DNA of 64,000 bases from Acidobacteriota bacterium. GTDB taxonomy: Bacteria > Acidobacteriota > UBA6911. The notes beneath the pieces are model-generated. The model saw nothing but the letters and a program-made list of their open reading frames with translations. It did no database searches and had not been told where the DNA came from. The translations under genes and the position numbers were made by a program. Numbering within the stretch: position 1 is the first letter of the stretch; each line of letters opens with the position of its first letter. Positions 17,893 through 26,375 of the stretch are shown here, piece after piece. The stretch is from contig OY761556.1 of the NCBI GenBank assembly GCA_963664705.1, positions 1,408,001 through 1,472,000 of the forward strand, written 5' to 3'.

Positions 17893-20800
17893 TTGTGGAG
17901 GGTTTCGGTGCGAGTTTGGTGGACTGCCTGCATATTGCTTTGTGTCGCGAGTTTCAGCGCATTTACTCAAAGTGGGATCATCACAACCTACGTCGGTCCT
18001 CCAATGCCGGCAGAGGGCGGCTTGGCGGGTGCTGCATCCATCGGCCACCCGGTATCCGTTGCTTCAGATCGAGCCGGTGGGTTTTATTTTGCCAGCTATG
18101 ACCAAGCCAGAATCTATAGAGTTACGGCACAGGGAAAGTTCAGTTTTGTGGCGGGAAATGGCACTTATGGCTTCAGTGGCGATGGCGGTCCTGCGACTTC
18201 GGCACAGATTAATATGGCAAGGGGGCTTGCTACCGACTCGGCTGGTACTCTGTTTTTTTCGGATGGCGCGAATGCTCGTATCCGCAAAGTGACACCCGAT
18301 GGTTTGATCCGTACTGTAGCCGGAACTGGCCTTGCGGGCTTCAGCGGAGATGGGGGGCCGGCGACTTTGGCACAAATAGACGCTCCGGAGTCTATTGTCC
18401 TGGATACGGCGGGGAATTTATTCTTTGCTGATATGTACAATGCGCGAATTCGCAAGGTGACACCGGGCGGCACCATCAGTACTGTGGCTGGGAATGGTGC
18501 CCAGGGGTTCGGAGGCGATGGTGGACCTGCTACTTCAGCAAAGTTGTGTTTTCCATATGGCGTAACAGTAGACGCGATCGGAAATCTGTACATTGCCGAC
18601 ACGGCCAATTCTCGTATCCGCAAAGTGACGAAGGACGGGCTAATCAGCTCCGTGGCAGGAAATGGCACCGTGGGTTATGAGGGGGATGGCGGACCGGCAA
18701 TCCTGGCAAAGATTGGGGGAATTCAAGGTATAACCGTCGATGCAGCAGGAAATCTGTTTATCGCGGATTCATCGGGCGGTTCTATTCGCAAAATAACGCC
18801 TGACGGTGTGATCAATACTGTTGCCGGAAACGGAACTCCCGGCTTCGGTGGAGACGGCGGACCCGCTACTGCGGCACAGATCAGCTATCCGATGGCCGTG
18901 GCTCTTGATACCCAAGGCTTTCTGTTCATCGCAGACTACTTTAATCAGCGCATCCGCAAGGTGGCTCCAGGCAGCGTATTGTTCGGCTCCGTGATCAGCA
19001 CCGCGGCGGGAAATGGCACAGAGGGTTTTAGCGGAGATGGCGGGCCTGCCAACTCCGCACAGATTCGTAATCCACTGGGTGTTACGGTCGACAAAGCAGG
19101 AAATCTCTACTTCGTCGATAACGGGAACAATCGCATTCGCAAGGTGACGCCCTCCGGCATCATCAGCACCATAGCCGGCGATGGGACACAAGGATTTGCC
19201 GGCGATGGCGGTCCTGCGACTTCGGCCAAGTTCGACGGAATTTTTGGCATAGCGGTCGACGCAGCGGGCAATCTATTCGTAACGGATGCGTATAATGCCC
19301 GCATTCGGAAAATTTCGCCGGATGGCAACATCAGCACCATCGCTGGGGATGGATTTCCAGGCAACAGCGGCGATGGCGGCCCTGCCATCTTCGCAAGATT
19401 TCAATGGCCGTATGGCATCACTGTTGACGCCATGGGGAATCTGTTTATCGCCGATACCGGCAACCAACGTGTCCGTAAAATTACTCCCCTGGGGGTGATC
19501 AGCACCGTTGCGGGCAATGGTACCAAGGGTTTTGGGGGGGATGGGGGACTCGCGACTTCTGCCCAATTCCAGTACCCGTATGGTTTAGCCGTGGATACGG
19601 CCGGCAATCTGTTTATCTCCGATATGTATAACCACCGCGTTCGCAAAGTGACGCCCGGCGGCATTATCAGTACCGTAGCCGGAGACGGAAGCCAGGGATA
19701 TCTGGGAGATGGTGGACCGGCCACTTTAGCCCAGCTCAGTTACCCACATGGTCTCGCAGTAGACGCGGTCGGCAATCTGTATATCGTCGACCAAATGGAC
19801 CAGCGTATCCGCAAGGTAACGCCCGAGGGAATTATCAGCGTTGTCGCCGGGTATGGGACTCAGGGCTTCAGTGGGGACGGAGGTCAGGCCGTTATGGCTG
19901 AACTCCGCATCCCATATGGCGTAGCCGTGGATACGGCCGGTAATCTATTCATATCGGACATGGAGAATGACCGCATCCGCAAGGTTTCCGCGATAGCGGC
20001 CTGTTCTGCATTGAACTTGACTGCCGGCGGAGTTGGGATGTGCCAGACGTCAGAGAGCCGTACTGTGGCAAAGGCCGGCTATGCGCGGTTTTCGGTTAAT
20101 ACCGGGGCCACGCCGTATGCCACAGCCGTATTCAGGTTCAGGCAGAATGGCGTAACCGTATCGGAAGCCGGAGTCCCCGCATCTCCCCCCACAACACAAG
20201 CTCGAGTATTTATCGAATATCGCAGTGAAACTGCGCCGACACCGGGACAGAGTGGCTCCGGCGCTGTAGATATAAATACGGGGATAGCGGCGGTTAATAC
20301 GGGGTCAGCAACAGCGAACATTGCCCTTGCTTTGAGAGCTCTGGATGGATCCATACTGGCGACCGGGCATGGGACCCTACCGGCTGGCAGGCACTTCTCG
20401 AAGTTCGTCGATCAATTGAAGGATATAGCCTCGGATTTTATCTTCCCTGCCGGTTTTTCCAGTGATCTTCATTTTGGGTCGCTGGAAATCTCGAGTGACC
20501 AACCGCTATCGTTATTGGCCGTACGCGGTGCGGTGAATCAGCGCAATGAATTTTTGACCACTACGACGCCGGTCGCAGACATGACTCAATTGTTGAGCAA
20601 TAGCGCAGTGTATTTCCCGCAAGTAGCGGATGGTGGAGGATACAGCTCATCCTTGTTGCTTATGAATACATCGGCGGGGACCGAGAGTGGAATATTGCAA
20701 ATATTGGATAATGATGGGAATCCCATGGCTGTAACACAGGCGGGCGGAGCATCGGATTCATCCTTCAGATATGCAATCCCGGCAGGCGGAGCGTTCAGGT

Positions 20801-21429
20801 TTCAAACGAGCGGTGCCCCGGCTGTAACAAATACGGGATCGATAAGGCTCATACCGGATTCCAATAACCCGGTGCCTATCGCATCCGGAGTGTTTAGTTA
20901 CAAAGCCGGCGGCGTATTGGTTTCGGAATCCGGGATCGCAGCGGCGCTGCCGACAACCCACGCCCGGGTGTATGTGGATTTGTCGAACAATCACAACACG
21001 GGCCTGGCTATAGCAAATGTGGATTCGGTGGCGGCGAGCATAGAGGTAACCGCATATTCGACGGATGGGACAACGGCGATAGGTACCATCCAGGGTCCGC
21101 TGAAACTGTCGGCCGGAGGACACGAGGCGAAGTTTGCCGATCAACTCATCTCCGGATTGCCCCCGAATTTTGCCGGAGTATTGGATATCCGATCCTCGTG
21201 TCCGTTTGCAGTGCTAACAGTGAGAGCGCTGGTGAATGAGAGAAATGAACCACTAATGACAACTTTCCCCGTTGCAGATGTAAATAGAGCAGCTCCCTCC
21301 ACAATGTTGTTTCCCCAGATTGCTGATGGCGGAGGTTATGTGACGGAGTTCATCCTGGTGAGTGCAGGGCAAGCATCTGGGACGACTCTTAGGTTTTATG
21401 ATGAAGATGGATCCGCCGCTGCTTATTGA
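17893..21429 (+). CDS. Secreted NHL-repeat (teneurin-like beta-propeller) protein with an acidobacterial C-terminal domain
   Basis: About 12 repeats of GDGGPAT.A....P.G..VD..GNL.IAD..N.RIRKVT..G.I.TVAG; C-terminal SEAGV, NTG.A..N and FPQ.ADGGGY repeats. Confidence 0.85.
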   Translation: MWRVSVRVWWTACILLCVASFSAFTQSGIITTYVGPPMPAEGGLAGAASIGHPVSVASDRAGGFYFASYDQARIYRVTAQGKFSFVAGNGTYGFSGDGGPATSAQINMARGLATDSAGTLFFSDGANARIRKVTPDGLIRTVAGTGLAGFSGDGGPATLAQIDAPESIVLDTAGNLFFADMYNARIRKVTPGGTISTVAGNGAQGFGGDGGPATSAKLCFPYGVTVDAIGNLYIADTANSRIRKVTKDGLISSVAGNGTVGYEGDGGPAILAKIGGIQGITVDAAGNLFIADSSGGSIRKITPDGVINTVAGNGTPGFGGDGGPATAAQISYPMAVALDTQGFLFIADYFNQRIRKVAPGSVLFGSVISTAAGNGTEGFSGDGGPANSAQIRNPLGVTVDKAGNLYFVDNGNNRIRKVTPSGIISTIAGDGTQGFAGDGGPATSAKFDGIFGIAVDAAGNLFVTDAYNARIRKISPDGNISTIAGDGFPGNSGDGGPAIFARFQWPYGITVDAMGNLFIADTGNQRVRKITPLGVISTVAGNGTKGFGGDGGLATSAQFQYPYGLAVDTAGNLFISDMYNHRVRKVTPGGIISTVAGDGSQGYLGDGGPATLAQLSYPHGLAVDAVGNLYIVDQMDQRIRKVTPEGIISVVAGYGTQGFSGDGGQAVMAELRIPYGVAVDTAGNLFISDMENDRIRKVSAIAACSALNLTAGGVGMCQTSESRTVAKAGYARFSVNTGATPYATAVFRFRQNGVTVSEAGVPASPPTTQARVFIEYRSETAPTPGQSGSGAVDINTGIAAVNTGSATANIALALRALDGSILATGHGTLPAGRHFSKFVDQLKDIASDFIFPAGFSSDLHFGSLEISSDQPLSLLAVRGAVNQRNEFLTTTTPVADMTQLLSNSAVYFPQVADGGGYSSSLLLMNTSAGTESGILQILDNDGNPMAVTQAGGASDSSFRYAIPAGGAFRFQTSGAPAVTNTGSIRLIPDSNNPVPIASGVFSYKAGGVLVSESGIAAALPTTHARVYVDLSNNHNTGLAIANVDSVAASIEVTAYSTDGTTAIGTIQGPLKLSAGGHEAKFADQLISGLPPNFAGVLDIRSSCPFAVLTVRALVNERNEPLMTTFPVADVNRAAPSTMLFPQIADGGGYVTEFILVSAGQASGTTLRFYDEDGSAAAY

Positions 21430-21442
21430 AGTCCACCAAATA

Positions 21443-21943
21443 ATGGGTGTCCAGATTTTCCGATTTTCTCTTTCGCCCCTGCAGGGGCTCCGTCTTTCCT
21501 GATCTCAATCCAGGGGTTCGCTGCGCTCACCCCTGGCTACGTTCTTTCGGCCCTCCGGGCCTGACAAAATCTCAAAATCTGGACACCCATAACAAAATCT
21601 GGACACCCACTAAAATCTGGACACCCATCATTCGGCTGGGCGCGCTATCCCGACGGCATCAGTGCCATGGTAGTAATGCGCCCCTGCCGGCGAGACGACT
21701 AATGCCATTTACTATTTTTCGGGCGTTTTTCCTTCGCCTCCCCGGGCTCGCAAGCTCGCCCGGGGCTACTATCCTTTGCGCCTTTGGCGCTTAGGGTCGA
21801 TGCAACAGGATCCAGCCCCGGCAGGGGCGGTCAGAATGTAGCCGGGGGTGAAGCGAAGCGAACCCCCGGTTCTCAATCACGGAATAGACAAGCCCCGGTA
21901 GGGGCGAAAGAAAATCAAAATCTGCAAAAATTCTGGACACCCA
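21443..21943. repeat. REP cluster bracketed by (AAAATCT)GGACACCC repeats
   Basis: Minus-oriented REP 21475-21561, second REP type 21741-21793, plus-oriented REP 21814-21910; GGACACCC x3 at 21575-21629, again near 21935, inverted at 21443. Confidence 0.8.
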
Positions 21944-23029
21944 TCATTCGCGGGTGAGGCTCTTCAGCATCTGCGTTGCATTTGCATTTTCCGGATTCAA
22001 CTCGAGCGATTTTTGGTAGTTTTTAATGGCCAGGTCCTTTTGCCCGTTCTTCATGTAAGCTTCCGCAAGGCTGTCGAAGGCGTTCGCCGATTTGGGAAAT
22101 CTCTCGGCATTTACATTCAGTATTTCAATGGCCTCGGAGAATTTTTGCGCATTGAGAAGTTGATATCCATACACATTGACCTTGTTTTCGGCAATGGAGT
22201 AATCCCGTAACGCAAGTCGGAAAATGACGGCGGAATCCGAGGCCTTTCCGGCGAGCAGCAGACGGTGGCTCATCTCCAGCAGTACATCGGCGCCGAAATA
22301 ATAGTCCTCCGGATTCTTTTGCCGCAGTTCATCATAGAGTTTAACGGCCGAGCCGACGCCTTTGGCCCCCAGGGCTTTTGCCATGGCTTCAGTCACGGCC
22401 GGAGGGGTCTGCAGTTCGAGGTAAAAAGAAGGATTGTTATCTTTGGCGGACAGGACCTTGAATCCCGTTTTCCGGGCAAGGTCGATATAGTACTGCATGT
22501 TCTGATCGGCGTTTTGCGGAAACCTGGCACCATAACCGGTTGTGATTTCCGTATGGGGGAGCCGGAACTTGAACTTGTACACCCCGAATTCCTTTGAGGG
22601 GTCCTTCCAGACCGGCAGATTCACATCCCAGATCAAGAGCCGCCCGCCATGTTTCAACACGCGCTTTACTTCCTGGAAAACCTTTTCATGGTCTCCGGCG
22701 CCTATGTACATCAATGTGTAGAAAATCGCCGTCGTGTTGAAACTGTTGTCGATAAACTTGAGATCTCTGCCGTCCATCACTATTTTCAGGTTGGTGGATG
22801 GGGCATTTTCGAGTTCGTCCTTGTAAGGATCGATTGAAATGACCTGGTTGCCCTTCAGTTGCCCGATGACGCCTTCGCCGCCCCCGCCTATGTCCAGGAT
22901 GAAACCTTCCGCCGGGAAGTCGGCAACCGCGACTTCCTGCCGCTCGAAATAAACGGCCTTTGGATTCTGAGCGAAAGAAAAGGGAAGAAACAAAGCTATC
23001 GCAACAACCAGCAAACCGAATCTATTCAT
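21944..23029 (-). CDS. Class I SAM-dependent methyltransferase plus TPR domain, with an apparent signal peptide
   Basis: ILDIGGGGEG motif I, MDGRDLKF, RVLKHGGRLLIWD; C-terminal TPR (NAFDSLAEAY...AIKNYQKSLELNP). Confidence 0.75.
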   Translation of the reverse strand: MNRFGLLVVAIALFLPFSFAQNPKAVYFERQEVAVADFPAEGFILDIGGGGEGVIGQLKGNQVISIDPYKDELENAPSTNLKIVMDGRDLKFIDNSFNTTAIFYTLMYIGAGDHEKVFQEVKRVLKHGGRLLIWDVNLPVWKDPSKEFGVYKFKFRLPHTEITTGYGARFPQNADQNMQYYIDLARKTGFKVLSAKDNNPSFYLELQTPPAVTEAMAKALGAKGVGSAVKLYDELRQKNPEDYYFGADVLLEMSHRLLLAGKASDSAVIFRLALRDYSIAENKVNVYGYQLLNAQKFSEAIEILNVNAERFPKSANAFDSLAEAYMKNGQKDLAIKNYQKSLELNPENANATQMLKSLTRE

Positions 23030-23350
23030 AAACCCCCGCCCGCAAGACAATAAGACCAGCAAAAACCAGAAAAACCAGGACACCCACCCATTTTTACACA
23101 GTTTCAGAATCTACCACATGATGGGTGTCCCCGTTTTCTGGTTTTCTTTGTGTAATTGGTGAAATTCGTGGCCCTTTTTTCCTGGAAGCAGCTTGTCCTC
23201 CATACCCGGTTTTGCCGGCGACAATCGACCGGGGAGGCGGAGGCTGAAAGGCGCCGGGCTGGAATAAAAGCGCGAACGCGAGGAATATATATATAGGAGC
23301 GCCTCAAATGACTGCGGGCGCGGACGTGGTGGAAACACAGGAGGCCGAAT

Positions 23351-24295
23351 ATGTTGATTCGGAAAAGTATGGAGATTCCTTATTCTGAGGTGACGCCCAG
23401 ATCGCTTTATGTAAACCGCCGCAGTTTTATCGCGCATCTGCCTGTGGCTTTGCTCGGCATGCGTGAACTGCTGTTTCCGGCCGCGACCGTTCAGGCGGGA
23501 ACCCCCCTGGGGAATCTCTCGAAGAGCCCCTTCAGCACAAGCGAAAAGGCGACTCCGGCAAAAGATGTCACTTCATATAACAATTTTTATGAGTTTGGCA
23601 CGGAGAAGGATCAACCCTCCCGGCTGGCAAAGAATTTCCGAACCAGCCCATGGTCGGTTTCGGTGGAAGGGGAGGTGGCCAGGCCGCGCAAGTTCAGTAT
23701 TGAGGAAATCCTGAAGCTCGCGCCTCTGGAGGAACGCATTTATCGCCACCGCTGTGTGGAGGGGTGGTCGATTGTGGTGCCCTGGGTCGGCTATTCGTTG
23801 AGTTCACTGCTCAAGCAGGTGGAACCCGGACCCAAGGCAGCGTTTGTTTACTTCGAAACCTATTATGATCCGGCGCAGATGCCCGAAGGCCGGCATGCCG
23901 GCATTCCACTGCCTTACGTCGAAGGGCTGCGCCTGGATGAAGCCATGAATCCGTTGGCGCTGTTGTGCGTCGGGATGTATGGCGAAATGCTGCCGCCGCA
24001 GGATGGAGCGCCGGTGCGCCTCGTTGTGCCCTGGAAATACGGATTCAAGAGCATTAAATCCCTGGTCAAAATCAGGCTTGTGAGCAGTCAGCCGCGGAAC
24101 ACGTGGAATGTATCCAATTCCAGGGAATACGGCTTCTATGCCAATGTGAATCCCACTGTCGACCACCCGCGCTGGAGCCAGGCCAGCGAACGGAGGCTGG
24201 GAGAACTGCGGCGCCGCCCGACCCTGATGTTCAACGGTTATGCAGACCAGGTTGCCCACATGTACGCGGGCATGGACCTGAGAAAAAATTACTGA
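23351..24295 (+). CDS. msrP: Protein-methionine-sulfoxide reductase catalytic subunit MsrP
   Basis: Tat RR; YNNFYEFGT, RHRCVEGWS, EGLRLDEA, VPWKYGFKSIK, EYGFYANVNP, HPRWSQ. Confidence 0.95.
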   Translation: MLIRKSMEIPYSEVTPRSLYVNRRSFIAHLPVALLGMRELLFPAATVQAGTPLGNLSKSPFSTSEKATPAKDVTSYNNFYEFGTEKDQPSRLAKNFRTSPWSVSVEGEVARPRKFSIEEILKLAPLEERIYRHRCVEGWSIVVPWVGYSLSSLLKQVEPGPKAAFVYFETYYDPAQMPEGRHAGIPLPYVEGLRLDEAMNPLALLCVGMYGEMLPPQDGAPVRLVVPWKYGFKSIKSLVKIRLVSSQPRNTWNVSNSREYGFYANVNPTVDHPRWSQASERRLGELRRRPTLMFNGYADQVAHMYAGMDLRKNY

Positions 24296-24297
24296 AT

Positions 24298-25878
24298 ATG
24301 CTGCGCAGTCGGCGGATCAAAATCCTGATGTTTGTTCTATGCCTGGCCCCTCTGGGCTGGCTTGGCTGGAAAGCCTGGAACGATGATCTTTCAGCCAATC
24401 CCATTGAATACATTACTCACCTTACCGGAGATTGGACCATTCGGTTCATTGTCCTTACGCTGGCGATCACGCCGTTGCGCAAGCTGCTGCGCCTCCCGGA
24501 GCTGGTCCGCTTCCGCCGCATGCTCGGCCTGTTTGCCTTCTTCTATGGCTCCCTTCATTTCCTCACGTGGCTGGGGCTGGATAAGTTATTTGATATTAAG
24601 GAAATCGCACAGGATTTAACGAAGCGTCCCTTCATCATCGCCGGGGCCCTCGGCCTGTTGTCGATGCTCCCGCTGGCGATTACGTCCACTAAAGGCTGGA
24701 TACGGCGATTGGGGATCGAACGCTGGCGACTGCTCCATCGCCTGGTTTACGGTGCCGCGATCGCGGGGGTAGTGCATTACTATTGGCTCGTGAAATCCGA
24801 CATCCGATGGCCGGCATTCTATGGAGCGCTGGTGGCGATTCTGCTGGCATCAAGGCTTGTGGGTTGGAAGAGCCGAGCCGGGAAAACGCTGGCGCTGAGG
24901 CTTTCAGATATCCGGCGACAGACTCACGATACGGTAACGTTGAGATTTCCGCTGCGTCGAAAAGACAAGCTGGATTGGAGACCGGGTCAGTTCCTTACTT
25001 TCGACTGGATTGTGGACGGGAAAAAACTGCCGCGATCCTATTCAATATCGTCCTCGCCGCTGCAGCGAGACTATTTCGAAATCACCGTGAAGCAGCAGGG
25101 CATTGTGTCGTCGTTTCTGAACCGCAGTGCGAAGGAGGGACTCAAGGTACGGGCACGCGGTCCTTTCGGGCAATTCTGTTTCGATGAAGAACGGCATTCG
25201 AGCATCGTCCTGTTCGCGGGGGGGAGTGGAATTACTCCCATCATGTCCATCCTGCAATATATCGAGGAGCGTAGCGCAAAGCCTGACATCACGCTTTTCT
25301 ATGCCGTTCGTACCGAGCATGACGTGATATTCGGAGAAGATTTGGAACGGTTGAAGGAACGATTATCGCGATTCCGCTGCTTCATTATTGCAAGCAGGCC
25401 GGGAAGCGGATGGCTTGGTCCAAGCGGGCATTTGAGCCGGGAAATCATTGAACCCAGACTGGGCCCAATCGATCATCAGATGTTCTTTCTTTGCGGGCCG
25501 GCTGCATTTATGACCGGCATGAAGGAAATCCTGATGGCGCTGGGTGCCGCGCCGAATCAGATCCGGCAGGAGTTGTTTACGGTGGGTACGGGGATGGCGG
25601 CGAATGCCAAGGCCGCAAGGTTTTCGGTGGAGTTCGCCAGATCCGGCGGGAATTATGAATGCTCCTCCGCCGATTATCTGCTCACCGTGGCAGAAAAGCA
25701 CGGCATCGATATCGAGTGCGGATGCAGGATTGGACAGTGCGGCACCTGTGCAACCCGGGTGCTCGACGGCGAAGTTGAGATGCAGGTGGAAGAGGGGTTG
25801 GATCCCGCTCTAAAAGAGCGCGGCTATCGCCTTCTTTGCGTCGGACAGCCACGGAGTCGTGTGTGCCTGGATGCGTGA
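24298..25878 (+). CDS. msrQ: MsrQ heme-b membrane subunit fused to an FAD/NAD(P)H reductase and a 2Fe-2S ferredoxin
   Basis: N-terminal TG.W, RRMLGL.AF.Y..LH, W..LHRLVY, HYYW; then PGQF, RSYSISS, AGGSGITP, LCGP, and CGCRIGQCGTC...LLC. Confidence 0.88.
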   Translation: MLRSRRIKILMFVLCLAPLGWLGWKAWNDDLSANPIEYITHLTGDWTIRFIVLTLAITPLRKLLRLPELVRFRRMLGLFAFFYGSLHFLTWLGLDKLFDIKEIAQDLTKRPFIIAGALGLLSMLPLAITSTKGWIRRLGIERWRLLHRLVYGAAIAGVVHYYWLVKSDIRWPAFYGALVAILLASRLVGWKSRAGKTLALRLSDIRRQTHDTVTLRFPLRRKDKLDWRPGQFLTFDWIVDGKKLPRSYSISSSPLQRDYFEITVKQQGIVSSFLNRSAKEGLKVRARGPFGQFCFDEERHSSIVLFAGGSGITPIMSILQYIEERSAKPDITLFYAVRTEHDVIFGEDLERLKERLSRFRCFIIASRPGSGWLGPSGHLSREIIEPRLGPIDHQMFFLCGPAAFMTGMKEILMALGAAPNQIRQELFTVGTGMAANAKAARFSVEFARSGGNYECSSADYLLTVAEKHGIDIECGCRIGQCGTCATRVLDGEVEMQVEEGLDPALKERGYRLLCVGQPRSRVCLDA

Positions 25879-25904
25879 CGAATCGGCCGGATGCCGGCGG
25901 GACG

Positions 25905-26335
25905 CCTAATGCTGATTGTCTTTTTTCGGACGTTTTTCTTTCGCCCCTTCAGGGCTTGTTACTGGTCTAATCCAATCCAGGGGTTCGCTGCGCTCACCCC
26001 TGGCTACTTGCTTTCGGCCCTCCGGGCCTGATTTTTGTTCCCTCTTTTGGGGCCGCCTCCGGGGCTGAATCTATGTTCCACCTATTTTCTGGCATGCCCT
26101 CCGTGCCTGGAGCTTTGTTCCATCTACACGAAGCGCCGAAGGCGCAAAAGGTAGCGGTCCTGGGCGAGCTTGCGAGCCCGGGCTATGTTCGCGGTTCAAA
26201 GAGCTCCGAAAGCGCCGGAGGCGCGGAAGAAAGTAGCCAGGGGTGAGCGGAGCGAACCCCTGGTAGAGATAAGCCTGAGAAAGAGCCCTGAAGGGGCGAA
26301 AGAACCGCAATTACAAAAAAACAAATTGCATTATT
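25905..26335. repeat. Composite REP element bounded by TAATGC...GCATTA
   Basis: Minus REP 25942-26030, type-2 REP 26133-26183, plus REP 26212-26302. Confidence 0.8.
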
Positions 26336-26375
26336 CGTAACCGCGGCGCGCCCGGTTTCACCCACGCCGGTTGAG

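Noticed and set aside
17990-19990. Internal nucleotide repeats of the NHL gene as DGR template/variable repeats
   Set aside because: They are ordinary ~56-aa protein repeats with synonymous divergence; no reverse transcriptase or adenine-specific pattern seen.
17736-21430. Genomic island integrated at tRNA-Arg
   Set aside because: The downstream gene is somewhat more AT-rich, but I found no integrase and no duplicated tRNA 3' end in the window.
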